A stretch of 64,000 nt of DNA from Paragordius varius (taxonomy: Eukaryota > Animalia > Nematomorpha): contig OZ176054.1 of the NCBI GenBank assembly GCA_964247055.1, forward strand, positions 124,001-188,000, in the 5' to 3' direction. Both the position numbers and the translations under genes were made by a program. The notes below the pieces were generated by a model, which saw nothing but the letters and a program-made list of their open reading frames with translations, searched no databases and was not told the origin of the DNA. Shown in pieces: positions 53,736 through 64,000 of the stretch (the stretch's first letter is position 1; each line of letters starts with the position of its first letter).

Positions 53736-56700
53736 GTAGTTCCATCATCACCCCAAATATTTTCGAGATCGGAGTATAAATGTAATTTTTATGAATTTTT
53801 TAAATATTTAAAAAATTTATTTTATACGATTTTAAAAATAAAAATGGCTACCTAAAATCCAAATTTGATCAGGTGATGTCGCCATAATTTTTTTTGGGTA
53901 GCCCTATAGTAGTTCCATCATCACCCCAAATATTGTCGAGATCGGAGTATAAATGTAATTTTTATGAATTTTTTAAATATTTAAAAAATTTATTTTATAC
54001 GATTTTAAAAATAAAAATGGCTACCTAAAATCCAAATTTGATCAGGTGATGTCACCATAATTTCTTTTGGGTAGCCCTATGGTAGTTCCATCATCACCCC
54101 AAATATTGTCGAGATCGGAGTATAAATGTAATTTTTTTGAATTTTTTAAATATTTAAAAAATTTATTTTATACGATTTTAAAAATAAAAATGGCTACCTA
54201 AAATCCAAATTTGATCAGGTGATGTCACCATAATTTTTTTTGGGTAGCCCTATGGTAGTTCCATCATCACCCCAAATATTTTCGAGATCGGAGTATAAAT
54301 GTAATTTTTATGAATTTTTTAAATATATAAAAAATTTATTTTATACGATTTTAAAAATAAAAATGGCTACCTAAAATCCAAATTTGATCAGGTGATGTCA
54401 CCATAATTTTTTTTGGGTAGCCCTATGGTAGTTCCATCATCACCCCAAATATTTTCGAGATCGGAGTATAAATGTAATTTTTATGAATTTTTTAAATATT
54501 TAAAAAATTTATTTTATACGATTTTAAAAATAAAAATGGCTACCTAAAATCCAAATTTGATCAGGTGATGTCACCATATTTTTTTTTGGGTAGCCCTATG
54601 GTAGTTCCATCACCACCCCAAATATTTTGGGGATCGGACTATAAATGTAATTTTTATGAATTTTTTAAATATTTAAAAAATTTATTTTATACGATTTTAA
54701 AAATAAAAATGGCTACCTAAAATCCAAATTTGATCAGGTGATGTCACTATAATTTTTTTGGGTAGCCCTATGGTAGTTCCATCATCACCCCAAATATTGT
54801 CGAGATCGGAGTATAAATGTAATTTTTTTGAATTTTTTAAATATTTAAAAAATTTATTTTATACGATTTTAAAAATAAAAATGGCTACCTAAAATCCAAA
54901 TTTGATCAGGTGATGTCGCCATAATTTTTTTTGCGTAGCCCTATGGTAGTTTCATCATCACCCGAAATATTTTGGGGATCGGACTATAAATGTAATTTTT
55001 ATGAATTTTTAAAATATTTAAAAAATTTATTTTATACGATTTTAAAAATAAAAATGGCTACCTAAAATCCAAATTTGATCAGGTGATGTCACCATAATTT
55101 TTTTCGGGTAGCCCTATGGTAGTTCCATCATCACCCCAAATATTTTCGAGATCGGAGTATAAATGTAATTTTTATGAAATTTTTAAATATTTAAAAAATT
55201 TATTTTATACGATTTTAAAAATAAAAATGGCTACCTAAAATCCAAATTTGATCATGTGATGTCACCATATTTATTTTTGGGTAGCCCTATGGTAGTTCCA
55301 TCATCACCTCAAATATTGTCGAGATCGGAGTATAAATGTAATTTTTTTGAATTTTTGAAATATTTAAAAAATTTATTTTATACGATTTTAAAAATAAAAA
55401 TGTCTACCTAAAATCCAAATTTGATCAGGTGATGTCACCATAATTTTTTTGGGTAGCCCTATGGTAGTTCCATCATCACCCCAAATATTTTCGAGATCGG
55501 AGTATAAATTTAATTTTTATGAATTTTTTAAATATTTAAAAAATTTATTTTATACGATTTTAAAAATAAAAATGGCTACCTAAAATCCAAATTTGATCAG
55601 GTGATGTCACCATAATTTTTTTTGGGTAGCCCTATGGTAGTTCCATCATCACCCCAAATATTTTCGAGATCGGAGTATAAATGTAATTTTTATGAATTTT
55701 TTAAATATTTAAAAAAATTTATTTTATACGATTTTAAAAATAAAAATGGCTACCTAAAATCAAAATTTGATCAGGTGATGTCACCATAATTTTTTTTGGG
55801 TAGCCCTATGGTAGTTCCATCATCACCCCAAATATTTTCGAGATCGGAGTATAAATGTAATTTTTATGAATTTTTTAAATATTTAAAAAATTTATTTTAT
55901 ACGATTTTAAAAATAAAAATGGCTACCTAAAATCCAAATTTGATCAGGTGATGTCACCATAATTTTTTTTGGGTAGCCCTATGGTAGTTCCATCATCACC
56001 CCAAATATTTTCGAGATCGGAGTATAAATGTAATTTTTATGAATTTTTTAAATATTTAAAAAATTTATTTTATACGATTTTAAAAATAAAAATGGCTACC
56101 TAAAATCCAAATTTGATCAGGTGATGTCACCATAATTTTTTTTTAATAGCCCTATGGTAGTTCCATCATCACCCCAAATATTTTCGAGATCGGAGTATAA
56201 ATGTAATTTTTATGAATTTTTTAAATATTTAAAAAATTTATTTTATACGATTTTAAAAATAAAAATGGCTACCTATAATCCAAATTTGATCAGGTGATGT
56301 CGCCATAATTTTTTTTGGGTAGCCCTATAGTAGTTCCATCATCACCCCAAATATTTTCGAGATCGGAGTATAAATGTAATTTTTATGAATTTTTTAAATA
56401 TTTAAAAAATTTATTTTATACGATTTTAAAAATAAAAATGGCTACCTAAAATCCAAATTTGATCAGGTGATGTCGCCATAATTTTTTTTGGGTAGCCCTA
56501 TAGTAGTTCCATCATCACCCCAAATATTGTCGAGATCGGAGTATAAATGTAATTTTTATGAATTTTTTAAATATTTAAAAAATTTATTTTATACGATTTT
56601 AAAAATAAAAATGGCTACCTAAAATCCAAATTTGATCAGGTGATGTCACCATAATTTCTTTTGGGTAGCCCTATGGTAGTTCCATCATCACCCCAAATAT

Positions 56701-59067
56701 TGTCGAGATCGGAGTATAAATGTAATTTTTTTGAATTTTTTAAATATTTAAAAAATTTATTTTATACGATTTTAAAAATAAAAATGGCTACCTAAAATCC
56801 AAATTTGATCAGGTGATGTCACCATAATTTTTTTTGGGTAGCCCTATGGTAGTTCCATCATCACCCCAAATATTTTCGAGATCGGAGTATAAATGTAATT
56901 TTTATGAATTTTTTAAATATATAAAAAATTTATTTTATACGATTTTAAAAATAAAAATGGCTACCTAAAATCCAAATTTGATCAGGTGATGTCACCATAA
57001 TTTTTTTTGGGTAGCCCTATGGTAGTTCCATCATCACATCAAATATTTTCGAGATCGGAGTATAAATGTAATTTTTATGAATTTTTTAAATATTTAAAAA
57101 ATTTATTTTATACGATTTTAAAAATAAAAATGGCTACCTAAAATCCAAATTTGATCAGGTGATGTCACCATATTTTTTTTTGGGTAGCCCTATGGTAGTT
57201 CCATCACCACCCCAAATATTTTGGGGATCGGACTATAAATGTAATTTTTATGAATTTTTTAAATATTTAAAAAATTTATTTTATACGATTTTAAAAATAA
57301 AAATGGCTACCTAAAATCCAAATTTGATCAGGTGATGTCACTATAATTTTTTTGGGTAGCCCTATGGTAGTTCCATCATCACCCCAAATATTGTCGAGAT
57401 CGGAGTATAAATGTAATTTTTTTGAATTTTTTAAATATTTAAAAAATTTATTTTATACGATTTTAAAAATAAAAATGGCTACCTAAAATCCAAATTTGAT
57501 CAGGTGATGTCGCCATAATTTTTTTTGCGTAGCCCTATGGTAGTTTCATCATCACCCGAAATATTTTGGGGATCGGACTATAAATGTAATTTTTATGAAT
57601 TTTTAAAATATTTAAAAAATTTATTTTATACGATTTTAAAAATAAAAATGGCTACCTAAAATCCAAATTTGATCAGGTGATGTCACCATAATTTTTTTCG
57701 GGTAGCCCTATGGTAGTTCCATCATCACCCCAAATATTTTCGAGATCGGAGTATAAATGTAATTTTTATGAAATTTTTAAATATTTAAAAAATTTATTTT
57801 ATACGATTTTAAAAATAAAAATGGCTACCTAAAATCCAAATTTGATCATGTGATGTCACCATATTTATTTTTGGGTAGCCCTATGGTAGTTCCATCATCA
57901 CCTCAAATATTGTCGAGATCGGAGTATAAATGTAATTTTTTTGAATTTTTGAAATATTTAAAAAATTTATTTTATACGATTTTAAAAATAAAAATGTCTA
58001 CCTAAAATCCAAATTTGATCAGGTGATGTCACCATAATTTTTTTGGGTAGCCCTATGGTAGTTCCATCATCACCCCAAATATTTTCGAGATCGGAGTATA
58101 AATTTAATTTTTATGAATTTTTTAAATATTTAAAAAATTTATTTTATACGATTTTAAAAATAAAAATGGCTACCTAAAATCCAAATTTGATCAGGTGATG
58201 TCACCATAATTTTTTTTGGGTAGCCCTATGGTAGTTCCATCATCACCCCAAATATTTTCGAGATCGGAGTATAAATGTAATTTTTATGAATTTTTTAAAT
58301 ATTTAAAAAAATTTATTTTATACGATTTTAAAAATAAAAATGGCTACCTAAAATCAAAATTTGATCAGGTGATGTCACCATAATTTTTTTTGGGTAGCCC
58401 TATGGTAGTTCCATCATCACCCCAAATATTTTCGAGATCGGAGTATAAATGTAATTTTTATGAATTTTTTAAATATTTAAAAAATTTATTTTATACGATT
58501 TTAAAAATAAAAATGGCTACCTAAAATCCAAATTTGATCAGGTGATGTCACCATAATTTTTTTTGGGTAGCCCTATGGTAGTTCCATCATCACCCCAAAT
58601 ATTTTCGAGATCGGAGTATAAATGTAATTTTTATGAATTTTTTAAATATTTAAAAAATTTATTTTATACGATTTTAAAAATAAAAATGGCTACCTAAAAT
58701 CCAAATTTGATCAGGTGATGTCACCATAATTTTTTTTTAATAGCCCTATGGTAGTTCCATCATCACCCCAAATATTTTCGAGATCGGAGTATAAATGTAA
58801 TTTTTATGAATTTTTTAAATATTTAAAAAATTTATTTTATACGATTTTAAAAATAAAAATGGCTACCTATAATCCAAATTTGATCAGGTGATGTCGCCAT
58901 AATTTTTTTTGGGTAGCCCTATAGTAGTTCCATCATCACCCCAAATATTTTCGAGATCGGAGTATAAATGTAATTTTTATGAATTTTTTAAATATTTAAA
59001 AAATTTATTTTATACGATTTTAAAAATAAAAATGGCTACCTAAAATCCAAATTTGATCAGGTGATGT
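53736..59067 (+). repeat. 15-monomer (2594 bp) near-perfect tandem duplication
   Basis: atcatgtg 55251/57845, aatagcc 56145/58739 and gtcgcc-tatagt 53881/56475 all recur at +2594. One visible difference is acatc at ~57037 versus acccc in the other copy. Confidence 0.93.
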
Positions 59068-62000
59068 CACCATATTTATTTTTGGGTAGCCCTATGGTAG
59101 TTCCATCATCACCTCAAATATTGTCGAGATCGGAGTATAAATGTAATTTTTTTGAATTTTTGAAATATTTAAAAAATTTATTTTATACGATTTTAAAAAT
59201 AAAAATGGCTACCTAAAATCCAAATTTGATCAGGTGATGTCGCCATAATTTTTTTTTGGTAGCCCTATGGTAGTTCCATCATAACCCCAAATATTTTTGA
59301 GATCGGACTTTAAATGTAATTTTTATGAATTTTTTAAATATTTAAAAAATTTATTTTATACGATTTTAAAAATAAAAATGGCTACCTAAAATCCAAATTT
59401 GATCTGGTGATGTCACCATAATTTTTTTGGGTAGCCCTATGGTAGTTCCATCATCACCCCAAATATTTTCGAGATCGGAGTATAAATTTAATTTTTATGA
59501 ATTTTTTAAATATTTAAAAAATTTATTTTATACGATTTTAAAAATAAAAATGGCTACCTAAAATCCAAATTTGATCAGGTGATGTCACCATAATTTTTTT
59601 TGGGTAGCCTTATGGTAGTTCCATCATCACCCCAAATATTTTCGAGATCGGAGTATAAATGTAATTTTTATGAATTTTTTAAATATTTAAAAAATTTATT
59701 TTATACGATTTTAAAAATAAAAATGGGTACCTAAAATCCAAATTTGATCAGGTGATGTCGCCATAATTTTTTTTGGGTAGCCCTATAGTAGTTCCATCAT
59801 CACCCCAAATATTTTCGAGATCGGAGTATAAATGTAATTTTTTAGAATTTTTTAAATATTTAAAAAATTTATTTTATACGATTTTAAAAATAAAAATGGC
59901 TACCTAAAATCCAAATTTGATCAGGTGATGTCACTATAATTTTTTTGGGTAGCCCTATGGTAGTTCCATCATCACCCCAAATATTGTCGAGATCGGAGTA
60001 TAAATGTAATTTTTTTGAATTTTTTAAATATTTAAAAAATTTATTTTATACGATTTTAAAAATAAAAATGGCTACCTAAAATCCAAATTTGATCAGGTGA
60101 TGTCGCCATAATTTTTTTTGCGTAGCCCTATGGTAGTTTCATCATCACCCCAAATATTTTGGGGATCGGACTATAAATGTAATTTTTATGAATTTTTTAA
60201 ATATTTAAAAAATTTATTTTATACGATTTTAAAAATAAAAATGGCTACCTAAAATCCAAATTTGATCAGGTGATGTCACCATAATTTTTTTTGGGTAGCC
60301 CTATGGTAGTTCCATCATCACCCCAAATATTTTCGAGATCGGAGTATAAATGTAATTTTTATGAATTTTTTAAATATTTAAAAAATTTATTTTATACGAT
60401 TTTAAAAATAAAAATGGCTACCTAAAATCCAAATTTGATCAGGTGATGTCACCATATTTATTTTTGGGTAGCCCTATGGTAGTTCCATCATCACCTTAAA
60501 TATTGTCGAGATCGGAGTATAAATGTAATTTTTTTGAATTTTTGAAATATTTAAAAAATTTATTTTATACGATTTTAAAAATAAAAATGGCTACCTAAAA
60601 TCCAAATTTGATCAGGTGATGTCGCCATAATTTTTTTTTGGTAGCCCTATGGTAGTTCCATCATAACCCCAAATATTTTTGAGATCGGACTTTAAATGTA
60701 ATTTTTATGAATTTTTTAAATATTTAAAAAATTTATTTTATACGATTTTAAAAATAAAAATGGCTACCTAAAATCCAAATTTGATCAGGTGATGTCACCA
60801 TAATATTTTTGGGTAGCCCTATGGTAGTTCCATCATCACCCCAAATATTTTCGAGATCGGAGTATAAATTTAATTTTTATTTTTTAAATATTTAAAAAAT
60901 TTATTTTATACGATTTTAAAAATAAAAATGGCTACCTAAAATCCAAATTTGATCAGGTGATGTCGCCATAATTTTTTTTGGGTAGCCCTATAGTAGTTCC
61001 ATCATCACCCCAAATATTTTCGAGATCGGAGTATAAATGTAATTTTTTTGAATTTTTTAAATATTTAAAAAATTTATTTTATACGATTTTAAAAATAAAA
61101 ATGGCTACCTAAAATCCAAATTTGATCAGGTGATGTCACCATAATTTTTTTTGGGTAGCCCTATGGTAGTTCCATCATCACCCCAAATATTTTCGAGATC
61201 GGAGTATAAATGTAATTTTTATGAATTTTTTAAATATTTAAAAAATTTATTTTATACGATTTTAAAAATAAAAATGGCTACCTAAAATCCAAATTTGATC
61301 AGGTGATGTCGCCATAATTTTTTTTGGGTAGCCCTATAGTAGTTCCATCACCCCAAATATTTTCGAGATCGGAGTATAAATGTAATTTTTATGAATTTTT
61401 TAAATATTTAAAAAATTTATTTTATACGATTTTAAAAATAAAAATGGCTACCTAAAATCCAAATTTGATCAGGTGATGTCACCATAATTTCTTTTGGGTA
61501 GCCCTATGGTAGTTCCATCATCACCCCAAATATTGTCGAGATCGGAGTATAAATGTAATTTTTTTGAATTTTTTAAATATTTAAAAAATTTATTTTATAC
61601 GATTTTAAAAATAAAAATGGCTACCTAAAATCCAAATTTGATCAGGTGATGTCACCATAATTTTTTTTGGGTAGCCCTATGGTAGTTCCATCATCACCCC
61701 AAATATTTTCGAGATCGGAGTATAAATGTAATTTTTATGAATTTTTTAAATATTTAAAAAATTTATTTTATACGATTTTAAAAATAAAAATGGCTACCTA
61801 AAATCCAAATTTGATCAGGTGATGTCACCATAATTTTTTTTGGGTAGCCCTATGGTAGTTCCATCATCACCCCAAATATTTTCGAGATCGGAGTATAAAT
61901 GTAATTTTTATGAATTTTTTAAATATTTAAAAAATTTATTTTATACGATTTTAAAAATAAAAATGGCTACCTAAAATCCAAATTTGATCAGGTGATGACG

Positions 62001-62604
62001 CCATAATTTTTTTTGGGTAGCCCTATGGTAGTTCCATCATCACCCCAAATATTTTCGAGATCGGAGTATAAATGTAATTTTTATGAATTTTTTAAATATT
62101 TAAAAAATTTATTTTATACGATTTTAAAAATAAAAATGGCTACCTAAAATCCAAATTTGATCAGGTGATGTCACTATAATTTTTTTTGGGTAGCCCTATG
62201 GTAGTTCCATCATCACCCCAAATATTTTCGAGATCGGAGTATAAATGTAATTTTTATGAATTTTTTATATATTTAAAAAATTTATTTTATACGATTTTAA
62301 AAATAAAAATGGCTACCTAAAATCCAAATTTGATCAGGTGATGTCACCATAATTTTTTTTGGGTAGCCCTATGGTAGTTCCATCATCACCCCAAATATTT
62401 TCGAGATCGGAGTATAAATGTAATTTTTATGAATTTTTTAAATATTTAAAAATTTATTTTATACGATTTTAAAAATAAAAATGGCTACCTAAAATCCAAA
62501 TTTGATCAGGTGATGTCACCATATTTTTTTTTGGGTAGCCCTATGGTAGTTCCATCATCACCCCAAATATTGTCGAGATCGGAGTATAAATGTAATTTTT
62601 TTGA

Positions 62605-64000
62605 ATTTTTTAAATATTTAAAAAATTTATTTTATACGATTTTAAAAATAAAAATGGCTACCTAAAATCCAAATTTGATCAGGTGATGTCGCCATAATTT
62701 TTTTTGGGTAGCCCTATAGTAGTTCCATCATCACCCCAAATATTTTCGAGATCGGAGTGTAAATGTAATTTTTATGAATTTTTTAAATATTTAAAAAATT
62801 TATTTTATACGATTTTAAAAATAAAAATGGCTATTTAAAATCCAAATTTGATCAGGTGATGTCACTATAATTTTTTTTGGGTAGCCCTATGGTAGTTCCA
62901 TCATAACCCCAAATATTTTCGAGATCGGAGTATAAATGTAATTTTTATGAATTTTTTAAATATTTAAAAAATTTATTTTATACGATTTTAAAAATAAAAA
63001 TGGCTACCTAAAATCCAAATTTGATCAGGTGATGTCACCATAATTTTTTTTGGGTAGCCCTATGGTAGTTCCATCATCACCCCAAATATTGTCGAGATCG
63101 GAGTATAAATGTAATTTTTTTGAATTTTTTAAATATTTAAAAAATTTATTTTATACGATTTTAAAAATAAAAATGGCTACCTAAAATCCAAATTTGATCA
63201 GGTGATGTCGCCATAATTTTTTTTGCGTAACCCTATGGTAGTTTCATCATCACCCCAAATATTTTGGGGATCGGACTAAATATGTAATTTTTATGAATTT
63301 TTTAAATATTTAAAAAATTTATTTTATACGATTTTAAAAATAAAAATGGCTACCTAAAATCCAAATTTGATCAGGTGATGTCACCATAATTTTTTTTGGG
63401 TAGCCCTATGGTAGTTCCATCATCACCCCAAATATTTTCGAGATCGGAGTATAAATGTAATTTTTATGAATTTTTTAAATATTTAAAAAATTTATTTTAT
63501 ACGATTTTAAAAATAAAAATGGCTACCTAAAATCCAAATTTGATCAGGTGATGTCACCATAATTTTTTTTGGGTAGCCCTATGGTAGTTCCATCATCACC
63601 CCAAATATTGTCGAGATCGGAGTATAAATGTAATTTTTATGAATTTTTTAAATATTTAAAAAATTTATTTTATACGATTTTAAAAATAAAAATGGCTACC
63701 TAAAATCCAAATTTGATCAGGTGATGTCGCCATAATTTTTTTTGGGTAGCCCTATAGTAGTTCCATCATCACCCCAAATATTTTCGAGATCGGAGTGTAA
63801 ATGTAATTTTTATGAATTTTTTAAATATTTAAAAATTTATTTTATACGATTTTAAAAATAAAAATGGCTATTTAAAATCCAAATTTGATCAGGTGATGTC
63901 ACTATAATTTTTTTTGGGTAGCCCTATGGTAGTTCCATCATCACCCCAAATATTTTCGAGATCGGAGTATAAATGTAATTTTTATGAATTTTTTAAATAT
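62605..64000 (+). repeat. Short 6-monomer-period (1037-1038 bp) duplication
   Basis: Private markers cggagtgt 62753/63791 and ggctattt ~62831/63868. Confidence 0.75.

Larger units (their letters stand above)
37400..60550 (+). repeat. Segmental duplication of ~9 kb: 37.4-46.5 kb repeated at 49.0-60.5 kb (offsets 11573/11575, then 11403/11404, then 13998)
   Basis: gcgtaggtc 37662/49235 (11573); ttctttt 41451/52854 (11403); atcatg 43847/55251 and aatag 44741/56145 (11404); gatctgg 45403/59401, gggtacc 45727/59725 and ctta 46497/60495 (13998). The offset shifts match the internal monomer loss and the 15-mer duplication. Confidence 0.87.
1..64000 (+). repeat. Tandem satellite DNA array, 173-bp AT-rich monomer, ~370 copies, head-to-tail, continuing beyond both window edges
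   Basis: ATAAATGTAATTTTTATG recurs at 1, 174, 347 etc. (period 173) to the end of the window. Consensus: ataaatgtaatttttatgaattttttaaatatttaaaaaatttattttatacgattttaaaaataaaaatggctacctaaaatccaaatttgatcaggtgatgtcaccataattttttttgggtagccctatggtagttccatcatcaccccaaatattttcgagatcggagt. Monomers differ by only a few substitutions or small indels. No non-satellite sequence or orientation switch was seen on reading. Confidence 0.99.

Noticed and set aside
1-64000. CRISPR array
   Set aside because: There are no unique spacers; entire 173-bp units are near-identical and there are no cas genes.
1-64000. Primate alpha satellite or Drosophila 1.688/359-bp satellite
   Set aside because: Only the length scale or AT richness is similar; I see no sequence resemblance to those consensus sequences as I recall them. 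A database search is needed for a real family assignment.
1-64000. Bacterial features (Dam GATC arrays, promoters, intrinsic terminators from hairpin plus T-run)
   Set aside because: The context is a gene-free 64-kb satellite, so such motifs are incidental to an AT-rich repeated unit.

Overview
The whole 64-kb window is one uninterrupted, head-to-tail, single-orientation array of an AT-rich (~26% GC) satellite DNA. The monomer is 173 bp and there are about 370 copies; the array runs off both ends of the window. I found no coding regions, RNA genes, transposon insertions or inversions. It looks like eukaryotic (peri)centromeric or heterochromatic satellite DNA. I do not recognise the family, and it is not primate alpha satellite. 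I found no gene-encoded novel system. The informative signal is (i) a monomer tiled with dyad symmetries, split into a ~70-bp nearly pure A/T part and a ~100-bp ~40% GC part; (ii) multi-nucleotide variants that look templated by inverted or direct copies inside the monomer; and (iii) nested multi-monomer duplications (2-, 6-, 7-, 8/9-, 10-, 15-, 22/24-mers and offsets of ~11.4-14, 21 and 29 kb) that can be read from rare shared variants. All offsets and counts were made by hand and should be confirmed computationally.
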